From NCBI GenBank assembly GCA_964517465.1, contig CAZFEK010000028.1:1-32000 (forward strand): 32,000 bases of DNA. Direction: 5' to 3'. Source of the stretch: an uncultured Alcaligenaceae bacterium (lineage in GTDB: Bacteria; Pseudomonadota; Gammaproteobacteria; Burkholderiales; Casimicrobiaceae). Of this stretch, positions 25,327 to 32,000 are shown piece by piece (positions within the stretch are counted from its first letter, which is position 1; every line of letters begins with the position of its first letter). A program made the position numbers and the translations under genes. The notes beneath the pieces were generated by a model. The model ran no database searches. It was given only the letters and a program-made list of their open reading frames with translations, and was not told where the DNA came from.

Positions 25327-26436
25327 ACGCGAGGCAGGGAGCGGCAGGGGGCAGGCCATTGGGTTTGGCTAGGTTTGGTCTTGCTCGCCCTGGCCGCGGC
25401 CGAGCGCGCATTGTGCGCCGAGCCTGCGACGGCGGCAAGCGCCGGCAGCGGCGAAGCCAAAGCTCCCACGGCGGTTGCGCCGCGTTATGCGCTGATCCTG
25501 CCGCTGGATGTGGCCGACTTTCGCGCGCCCGCGGAGGCTTTGCGCGCCGGCTTTCTCGCAGCGGCTCAGGTCGGCGGGGAAAGCCCCTGGGTGCGGGTCG
25601 TGGCGCACGGGGAGGGCGGCGCAACCCAAGCGTTTCTTCAAGCCGAAAAGGCTGGAGCGGCGGTCATCGTCGGGCCGCTGACGCGCAGCGACGTGGGCGC
25701 GCTGCTGACCCAGCGCCAACAGTTCCCGCCTACCTTGCTGCTCAATGCTCCGGAGCAACGCGGGACCCTGCCCGAGCAGGTGGCGGTGCTGGCGCTTTCG
25801 GTGGAGGCGGATGCGCGACAACTGGCGCGCTTGGCCTGGAAAGAGGGGCGCGAGCGGTTTGCCGTGATCGCCGGCAGTGCTCCGCTCAACAAGCGCTTTC
25901 TTGCCGCCTTTGCCGAAGAGGCGGAATCGCTGGGCATGAGCGTGGTGCATCGCGCCAATTTTGGGGGCGATACCAGCCTGCTGCCGATGATCCGGCAGGG
26001 CGTGGAAGCGGCCAATGCCGATGCCATGGTTCTTGCTCTGGATGCGGGCGAAGCACGGGTGGCCCGCGGCTATCTCTCCTCGCTTCCGGCGTACGCCAGC
26101 GGGCAGGTATTCGACGATCGTGCCGCGACCGAATTGGTGGAGTTGGCTAACGTGCGCTTCGTCGAGATGCCTTGGCTGGCGCAAGCCGATCATCCCGCCG
26201 TAATGGCTTATCCGAGACTGGACTTGGCCGATGCAACCGCGCAACGGCTCTACGCTTTGGGGATCGATGCTTACCGCGTCGCACGCCTCATGACCCGGGG
26301 CGTGTCGCTGAATAAGCTGGAACTCGACGGGGTGACCGGCCAGCTTTCGGGCCGGCAGGGCGCCATCCTGGTGCGTGAAGCGCTGGCGCTGGTGGTGCGG
26401 CAAGGCGAGGCGGTGCCGATCGACACCGGACGATGA
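25312..26436 (+). CDS. LpoA/LppC-like penicillin-binding-protein activator (periplasmic-binding-protein fold), putative
   Basis: The signal-peptide-like N-terminus is MRAGHTRGRERQGAGHWVWLGLVLLALAAA. The position is divergent from rsmI and upstream of yraN-diaA-dolP, exactly as lpoA (yraM) sits in E. coli. The family call is mostly from synteny. Confidence 0.65.
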   Translation: MRAGHTRGRERQGAGHWVWLGLVLLALAAAERALCAEPATAASAGSGEAKAPTAVAPRYALILPLDVADFRAPAEALRAGFLAAAQVGGESPWVRVVAHGEGGATQAFLQAEKAGAAVIVGPLTRSDVGALLTQRQQFPPTLLLNAPEQRGTLPEQVAVLALSVEADARQLARLAWKEGRERFAVIAGSAPLNKRFLAAFAEEAESLGMSVVHRANFGGDTSLLPMIRQGVEAANADAMVLALDAGEARVARGYLSSLPAYASGQVFDDRAATELVELANVRFVEMPWLAQADHPAVMAYPRLDLADATAQRLYALGIDAYRVARLMTRGVSLNKLELDGVTGQLSGRQGAILVREALALVVRQGEAVPIDTGR

Positions 26437-26783
26437 AGACGGCCGGTTCCGCAAAAGGCGCCGCGGCCGAGAACCTGGCCGAGCGCTTTCTTTGCGCGCA
26501 GGGGCTCGAGCTGGTCGAGCGCAACTTTCGCTGCCGAGGCGGTGAAATCGATTTGATCTTGACCGACGGCGATACCATGGTTTTCGTCGAAGTCCGCCTG
26601 CGCAGCAGCGAGCGCTTTGGCGGCGCCGCGGCGAGCATCGACGCCAAGAAGGTGGCGCGTTTGCGCCTTGCCGCGCAATACTACCTCGCCGGCCGAGGCG
26701 CAACACCAGCGTGCCGGTTCGATGCCGTGCTGCTTGATGCCTTGGAGGGTGGAAACATCGAATGGCTGCGCGACATCTTTTGA
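26433..26783 (+). CDS. yraN: YraN family (UPF0102) putative endonuclease
   Basis: ATGA overlap with the upstream gene. The sequence AENLAERFLCAQGLELVERNFRCRGGEIDLILTDGDTMVFVEVRLRSS is typical of the family. Confidence 0.85.
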   Translation: MKTAGSAKGAAAENLAERFLCAQGLELVERNFRCRGGEIDLILTDGDTMVFVEVRLRSSERFGGAAASIDAKKVARLRLAAQYYLAGRGATPACRFDAVLLDALEGGNIEWLRDIF

Positions 26784-26908
26784 ACCTAGAAACCTCAGTC
26801 GGGCGTGCAGCGTGGTCACCCTTGAGGTGATGACCCAGACTCGCCCGCTGACTTGGCCCAGCCTGACTGGCAGCGAATCGATGAGCGGTCAACTGAGGTT
26901 TCTAGGTT
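26783..26908. repeat. 126-nt element bounded by a perfect 17-bp inverted repeat (structured RNA or MITE-like)
   Basis: AACCTAGAAACCTCAGT (26783-26799) pairs perfectly with ACTGAGGTTTCTAGGTT (26892-26908). There are inner nested stems CGGGCG 26800-26805 / CGCCCG 26842-26847 and TCACC 26816-26820 / GGTGA 26826-26830. The left arm begins inside the yraN stop codon. Confidence 0.5.
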
Positions 26909-26974
26909 GAAGCTTGCCCGGGCGAGGAGCCGGACTGCTACAATCCGCGCTGATCTCCGGCCGTTGTTGATTCC

Positions 26975-27571
26975 ATGATCGATTTGCCCGCGCGGGTAAG
27001 GGAACAATTCACCGAAGCTTCTCGGGCCCTTGCCGACACCGGCGAGCTCTTGGCGCCGCGCATCGCGCAGGCGGCTGAGCTGCTGGTCCAGTGCCTTTTG
27101 CGTGATGGCAAGCTTCTGGTTTGCGGCAATGGCGCGGAGGCGGCGCAGGCGCAGCACTTGGTTGCCAAGTTGCAGGGGCGGTTTCGGCGCGTGCGACCCG
27201 GCTTGCCGGCCATTGCCCTGTGCGGGGACAGCGCCACCCTGACCGCTTTGGCCAACGACTACGGATATGAAGAGGGCTTCGCCAAGCAAGTCCAGGCCTT
27301 GGGCCATGCCGGCGACACCTTGGTGGGTTTTTGTGCGAGCGGGAACTCTTCCAACCTCCTGGCGGCGATTAATGCGGCGCAGGAGCGAGGCATGCCCGTG
27401 CTTGCGCTCACCGGGCGGCATGGCGGCCAGACCGGTGAACTGTTGGGCCGGGCCGATGTCCACCTGGGCGTGCCGCACGACGACCCGGCGCGGGTGCAAG
27501 AGATGTTCGTTCTGATCATTCACTGCTTATGCGAAGCCATCGATCTGATGTTGCTTGGCGAGGAGGACTAA
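26975..27571 (+). CDS. diaA: SIS-domain protein, DnaA initiator-associating factor DiaA type
   Basis: The sequences LLVCGNGAEAAQAQHLVAKLQGRF, PAIAL, ALANDYGYEEGFAKQVQALGHAGD and RVQEMFVLIIHCLCEAID are close to E. coli DiaA (CCGNGTSAANAQH ... RIQEMHMLTVNCLCDLID). Confidence 0.85.
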   Translation: MIDLPARVREQFTEASRALADTGELLAPRIAQAAELLVQCLLRDGKLLVCGNGAEAAQAQHLVAKLQGRFRRVRPGLPAIALCGDSATLTALANDYGYEEGFAKQVQALGHAGDTLVGFCASGNSSNLLAAINAAQERGMPVLALTGRHGGQTGELLGRADVHLGVPHDDPARVQEMFVLIIHCLCEAIDLMLLGEED

Positions 27572-28140
27572 TGCAGAAACTCTGGCTGGCTCTGGCAATC
27601 ATCGCAGCAAGCGCTGCTCTTTCGGGATGTTTTCCGCTCGTGGCCACCGGCGTCGGCGTCGGCGCGATGATGATCGATGACCGGCGAAGCTCGGGCGCCT
27701 ATATCGATGATGAAGTGATCGAGAACAAGGCGCTCATTCGGCTGGGCGAAAAGCTCGATGCCCGCGCGCATGTCAATATCACCAGTTTCAATCGTGTGGT
27801 TCTGCTCACCGGAGAAGTGCCCGATGATTCGGCCAAGCGGATCGCCGAAGAGGTGGCGCGCAGCCAAACCAATGTGCGCAACGTCGTCAACGAACTGGTG
27901 GTCGGGCCTTATACGGCCTTTTCCAGCCGCAGCAACGACACCCTGACCACCTCCAAAGTCAAAGCGCGTTTCGTCGACGCCAACAAGTTCTCCGCCAATC
28001 ACGTGAAAGTCGTTACTGAAAACGGCGTTGTGTTTCTTATGGGCATGGTCAAGCCGCAAGAGGCAGTGGACGCCTCGGAACTGGCCCGCAATACCAGCGG
28101 CGTGTTGCGCGTCGTTAAGGTCTTTGAGTACATCAATTGA
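27571..28140 (+). CDS. dolP: Dual-BON-domain outer-membrane lipoprotein (DolP/YraP)
   Basis: ATG at 27571 overlaps the diaA stop (TAATG), with AGGAGGA upstream. The signal peptide has the lipobox LSGC. There are two BON-type repeats. Confidence 0.85.
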   Translation: MQKLWLALAIIAASAALSGCFPLVATGVGVGAMMIDDRRSSGAYIDDEVIENKALIRLGEKLDARAHVNITSFNRVVLLTGEVPDDSAKRIAEEVARSQTNVRNVVNELVVGPYTAFSSRSNDTLTTSKVKARFVDANKFSANHVKVVTENGVVFLMGMVKPQEAVDASELARNTSGVLRVVKVFEYIN

Positions 28141-28643
28141 GTAGCAAAGCGCCTCTGGCGCCGCCCAGCTTCCTCGACAAGCTGGCGATGGACGCAAACC
28201 TGGAAGAGCGTGTGGCGCATTTGCCGCGGCCGCTGGTGTTCACCAACGGATGTTTCGACATTCTGCACCGCGGGCACGTCAGTTATCTCGATCAGGCGCG
28301 CTCACTCGGCGCCGCCTTGGTGGTCGGAGTGAACTCGGATGCGTCGGTGCGCCGCCAGGGCAAGGGCGGGGACCGCCCGCTCAATCCCCTCGAGGATCGC
28401 ATGGCGGTGCTGGCGGCTTTGGCCTGCGTCGATTTGGTCGTGCCCTTCGAGCAGGACACTCCGCTGCCGCTGATTCTTCGTTGCCGGCCCGACGTGCTGG
28501 TGAAAGGCGGCGACTGGCCGGTGGAGCGTATCGTCGGGGGGGTGGAAGTCACGCGGTGGGGCGGGCGGGTGGTTTCCATTCCCTTCCTCGTGCAACGGTC
28601 GACTACGGCGCTGGTAAGGCGTATCCGGGAAATCCAGGAATAG
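28137..28643 (+). CDS. hldC: D-glycero-beta-D-manno-heptose-1-phosphate adenylyltransferase (stand-alone RfaE domain II)
   Basis: Motifs are [59 protein letters not shown] and LVKGGDW. The TTG at 28137 overlaps the dolP stop (TTGA) and retains the family-typical PSF..K N-terminus. ATG at 28188 is the alternative start. Confidence 0.8.
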   Translation: MSSKAPLAPPSFLDKLAMDANLEERVAHLPRPLVFTNGCFDILHRGHVSYLDQARSLGAALVVGVNSDASVRRQGKGGDRPLNPLEDRMAVLAALACVDLVVPFEQDTPLPLILRCRPDVLVKGGDWPVERIVGGVEVTRWGGRVVSIPFLVQRSTTALVRRIREIQE

Positions 28644-28704
28644 TTGCGGCGTAACGGCTCGGCGGGCGATTGCCAGCCCCGCCCCTGACCGCTATCCTGC
28701 GCGC

Positions 28705-31700
28705 ATGCTTCCCAATGCGGCTGCAACCGATCTGAGCCCGTCTGCGGCGAATCCCGCGCGCCGGCTATTGTCGCCGGTACTCGGTGGTTTGCTGGTTTTT
28801 GGGCTGGGGGTAAGCATTACGCTCTGGCTCTCGCTGCGCGTGGGAGACCACGCGCAGCGAGAAGTGCAGGAGCGCTTCGAAGCCCGGGGCAGTTACCTTC
28901 TGGCCCACTTCTCGCGTCGCCTCGATGACCTGGAAAACCTGATTCTCGGCCTTCAGGGCGTGTTTATCGCTTCGGCTGAAGTGAGTCGGAGCGAGTTCCA
29001 CCAATACGCGGCCAATCTTGATTTGGCGAAACGGCTTTCCGGGCTGCAAGCCATTTCTTTTCATCGCCGGGTGCTGCACGCCCAGAGGGGCGCATTCATC
29101 GCCCGGGTGCGGGCTGACCGCAGCCTCGCTGCTGAGGGTTATCCCGAGTTTGACCTGCGCCCGCCGGGGGACCGGCCGGAGTATCTGATTGCCGACTATG
29201 TCGAACCCATGGCCGGGAATCTCGCGGTTTTTGGCTTCGACGTCGCGACCCAGCCCAGCAATGCCGACGCCATTCGTGAAGCCCGCGACACGGGGCGCTT
29301 CCGGGTGTCGGAGCCGTTTCAGGTGGTGCAGTCTCCTGATGGCTCGCCGCGCGTCGTGCTGCGCGCACCGGTGTATCGCCGCGATTCTTTGCGCGACACG
29401 ATCGATCAGCGGCGCCAGGCTCTCGCGGGTTTCGTGGTGCTGACGATGGAGACTCGGACCTCGTTCCGCGACTTGTTTCGGGGATTGCTCGCCTCCGGCG
29501 AGCACCTGGTGATCGAAGATCTGGGGCTGGTCAGCGGCGGCGTTTCGGGGCCGGGTAAATTGCTGGCGGAAATGGGCGTCAACGGGGGGCCGGGAATCCT
29601 GCAGCGGGAAATGCCGATCGAGTTCGGCGGCCGCCGGTGGAGGTTGTTGCATACCGTCAACGCGGCGTGGGTTGATAGCCAGCCGGCGCAACAGGGGGCC
29701 TTTCGGGTGCTTGCCGTAGGTCTGCTCCTGTCCTTGCTCCTGGCGGCGCTCTTTCAGGTGCTGGCGGGGGCTCGCAATCGAGCGCTGGGATTGGTTAACG
29801 AACGCACCCGCATGCTGCGAGCCACTTTGGACAACATGTCGCAGGGCATCAGCGTTTTTGATGCCGATCTGCGGCTGCTGGGCTACAACCGGCGCTTTGG
29901 AGAGCTGCTCGGGTTTCCGGAGAATTTCTTTCGCGAAGGTTTGTTGTTCGCCGATTTCATTCGCTACAACGCCGAGCGCGGCGAATACGGCCCTGGCGAG
30001 GTTGAGGAGCAGGTGCAGGAACGCGTCGATTTGGCGAGGCGCTTCGAGGCTCATCGCCTGAAGCGGACTCGACCCGACGGCACGGTGCTGGAGATCGTCG
30101 GAAAGCCCCTGCCCGGCGGGGGCATGGTCACGACCTACACCGATATCACGGCGCAGGAGCGCGCGCGCGAGGCGATGCAGGCCTCGGAGGCGCGTTACCG
30201 CACCTTGGTGCAGATGTCACCCGATGCCGTATTTGCTCACCGCGAGGGCCGCATCATACTCGCCAATCCGGCCGCGGCACAGCTGCTGGGCGCCCCGTCG
30301 GTGGAAACTTTGCTCGGGGTGGCGATCGCGCAAATCGTGGATCCCAAAGATTGGCCTCGGGTGCAGGAGCGCATCGCGCATCTGGTATCGGGATTGACCG
30401 ATCATGTCGCTTTGAGCGAGCTGAGCTATCGCCGGCTGGACGGGCGCAGCATCGATGTGGAATCGACCGGCACGCTGATCGATCTCGACGGCGAGCCGGC
30501 GGTGCTCACGGTGGCGCGAGACATCACCGAGCGCAAACGCATTGCCGACCAGGTTCAGCGCGAGCGCGATTTTCGCCAGCATCTGATCGAGTCGATTCCC
30601 GGAGTCTTTTATCTGTTCGATCATACGGGACGCTTCATACTCTGGAATCGAAACTTCGAGCGGGTCGTGGGCTATACCGCAGAGGAGGTGAGCAAGGCGC
30701 ATCCGCTCGATTTCTTTGCCGGGGCGGACAAGGAATTGATCGCTGAGCGCATCGGCAAGGTATTCGTCAGCGGCATGGCCGAAGCTGAGGCGAAGTTCTT
30801 GCACAAGAACGGCACCGGCAGGCCCTATCATTTCACCGGCGATCGGGTGAGCTTGGAGAACGGCGAATTCGGGCTGGTGGGGGTCGGCATCGACATATCC
30901 GAGCGGGTCCGCATGCAGGAGGCGTTGCAGCGTCAAACCGAAGTCATGCAGACGACGCTCGAACACCTTCCCCAAGGAATTAGCGTAACCGACGCGGATT
31001 TGCATATGCGGGCGGTGAATCGTCGCTACTTCGATCTCTTGGATATTCCCGAATCGCTGCGCCACGAAGGTGTGCCGCTGGAGGCTTTGTTTCGCTGCAA
31101 CGCGCTGCGCGGAGAATATGGTCCCGGCGATCCGGACGCCTTGGTGCAGGAGCGCATGGAGCGAGCGAGGCGGTTCGAACCACACCACTTCAAGCGGGTG
31201 AGGCCCAACGGGATGGTGCTCGACATCCGGGGCACCCCCTTGCCGGGCGGAGGATTCGTCAGCTCCTACACCGACGTTACCGAACAGGAGAGCGCTGCCG
31301 AAGCGCTTCGGCAGTCGGAAAAGCGCTACCGCATGCTCATCGATTTGTCGCCCGATGGCATCATCGTGCATCGGCACCGACGCATTCTGATCGCCAATCC
31401 GGCGGCGGCCAAACTTTGTGGGCTGGACTCACCGGAGGAAGCGATCGGGCGCGACGTGCTCGATTTCATCGACCCCGGTTTCCATCAACTGGTGCGCGAT
31501 CGTGTTGCGCTTCTGGAGCGCGAGCCGGAGCGTTTTCGCTTGCCCCGATCGGAAATCGCGTATCTGCGCGCCGATGGCAGTTCCGTGCCGGTGGAGGGAA
31601 CCGCCACGGTGATTGCGCTGGAGGATGGCCCGGCCATCATCTCGGTCTTGCGCGACATCACCGAGCGCAGGGAAGCCGACAATCTGATCCGGCGAGAGCG

Positions 31701-32000
31701 CGATTTCAGCCGCAAGCTGATCGAGTCGGTGCCCGGCATTTTTTATCTTTTCGATGCTTCCGGCCAGCTGCTCTTGTGGAATCGCAATTTGGAAACGCTG
31801 CTGGGGAGGTCAAGCGAGGCAGTGGCCAGGATGTCGGCCCTGCAAATCTTCCAAGACGGCGATTGGTACGAGTTGCGCCGGGCTGCTCGCAGGGTGGTCA
31901 AAGTGGGGGCGGCGAACCTCGAAGCGAGTCTGCTGGCGGCAGATGGAAGGAGGATACCGCATTACATCACTGGCGTACGTTACGAGGTGGAGGGGCGAGC
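28705..32000 (+). CDS. Membrane sensor protein with periplasmic CHASE domain and at least six cytoplasmic PAS domains, 3'-truncated by window edge
   Basis: This ORF is absent from the ORF track because it has no stop in the window. I translated the frame of ATG 28705 by hand to nt 31998 and found no stop. TM1 is LLSPVLGGLLVFGLGVSITLWLSL. A CHASE-like region follows (EFHQYAANL...LQAISFHRRV...PEYLIADYVEP...NLAVFGFDV), then TM2 FRVLAVGLLLSLLLAALFQVLAG. After that come repeated PAS modules, each ending in ...DITER/DITAQE. The output domain lies beyond the window. Confidence 0.85.
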   Translation, partial: MLPNAAATDLSPSAANPARRLLSPVLGGLLVFGLGVSITLWLSLRVGDHAQREVQERFEARGSYLLAHFSRRLDDLENLILGLQGVFIASAEVSRSEFHQYAANLDLAKRLSGLQAISFHRRVLHAQRGAFIARVRADRSLAAEGYPEFDLRPPGDRPEYLIADYVEPMAGNLAVFGFDVATQPSNADAIREARDTGRFRVSEPFQVVQSPDGSPRVVLRAPVYRRDSLRDTIDQRRQALAGFVVLTMETRTSFRDLFRGLLASGEHLVIEDLGLVSGGVSGPGKLLAEMGVNGGPGILQREMPIEFGGRRWRLLHTVNAAWVDSQPAQQGAFRVLAVGLLLSLLLAALFQVLAGARNRALGLVNERTRMLRATLDNMSQGISVFDADLRLLGYNRRFGELLGFPENFFREGLLFADFIRYNAERGEYGPGEVEEQVQERVDLARRFEAHRLKRTRPDGTVLEIVGKPLPGGGMVTTYTDITAQERAREAMQASEARYRTLVQMSPDAVFAHREGRIILANPAAAQLLGAPSVETLLGVAIAQIVDPKDWPRVQERIAHLVSGLTDHVALSELSYRRLDGRSIDVESTGTLIDLDGEPAVLTVARDITERKRIADQVQRERDFRQHLIESIPGVFYLFDHTGRFILWNRNFERVVGYTAEEVSKAHPLDFFAGADKELIAERIGKVFVSGMAEAEAKFLHKNGTGRPYHFTGDRVSLENGEFGLVGVGIDISERVRMQEALQRQTEVMQTTLEHLPQGISVTDADLHMRAVNRRYFDLLDIPESLRHEGVPLEALFRCNALRGEYGPGDPDALVQERMERARRFEPHHFKRVRPNGMVLDIRGTPLPGGGFVSSYTDVTEQESAAEALRQSEKRYRMLIDLSPDGIIVHRHRRILIANPAAAKLCGLDSPEEAIGRDVLDFIDPGFHQLVRDRVALLEREPERFRLPRSEIAYLRADGSSVPVEGTATVIALEDGPAIISVLRDITERREADNLIRRERDFSRKLIESVPGIFYLFDASGQLLLWNRNLETLLGRSSEAVARMSALQIFQDGDWYELRRAARRVVKVGAANLEASLLAADGRRIPHYITGVRYEVEGR

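Noticed and set aside
26914-26944. Possible diaA promoter, TTGCCC-N19-TACAAT.
   Set aside because: The -10 is good, but the -35 is poor and the spacer is too long. It is mentioned in the inverted-repeat finding but is not strong enough to annotate.
31172-31181. GGTTCGAACC, resembling a tRNA T-arm.
   Set aside because: It is embedded in the PAS-domain coding frame (RRFEPHH) with no surrounding cloverleaf. I found no tRNA, rRNA, tmRNA or SRP RNA signatures anywhere in the window.

Overview
GC-rich bacterial window. The gene content and synteny suggest a betaproteobacterial, Rhodocyclales-like anaerobic aromatic degrader, but that taxonomic call is inference only.

Nt 1-12698, all on the + strand, hold a tightly packed anaerobic phenol-carboxylation cluster:
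- Phenylphosphate synthase genes ppsA (5'-truncated by the window edge), ppsB and ppsC.
- The four phenylphosphate carboxylase subunit genes: two UbiD-type subunits, one KdsC/HAD-type phosphatase, and one 84-aa orphan subunit.
- A co-directional six-gene tail: a third UbiD paralogue, UbiX, an archaeal-type CTP-dependent riboflavin-kinase homologue, a PNPOx-like split-barrel protein, a PaaK/F390-synthetase-type adenylating ligase, and a calcineurin-like metallophosphoesterase.

I read that tail as a possible dedicated flavin / prenyl-FMN cofactor supply module. It is the most interesting candidate for undescribed biology in the window.

The rest is conserved housekeeping:
- yacG-zapD-coaE-pilD-pilC-pilB on the - strand.
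- A yfjD/ypjD-like pair divergent from ffh.
- rpsP-rimM-trmD-rplS with a clear sigma70-type promoter and a bidirectional intrinsic terminator.
- rsmI divergent from lpoA-like-yraN-diaA-dolP-hldC.
- A large CHASE / multi-PAS sensor that runs off the 3' edge.

Non-genic structure worth a second look:
- Two tandem perfect hairpin repeats inside an unusually long 316-bp ppsA-ppsB spacer.
- A 126-nt element bounded by a perfect 17-bp inverted repeat, placed exactly at the yraN stop codon.
- A tandem duplication of a three-PAS supermodule in the sensor.

I saw no CRISPR array, tRNA/rRNA, transposase, integrase or recognisable defence genes. Many long antisense ORFs in the track are GC-driven shadow ORFs. 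Start codons are my best reading and several are non-ATG. All family assignments rest on motifs recognised by eye, not on searches.
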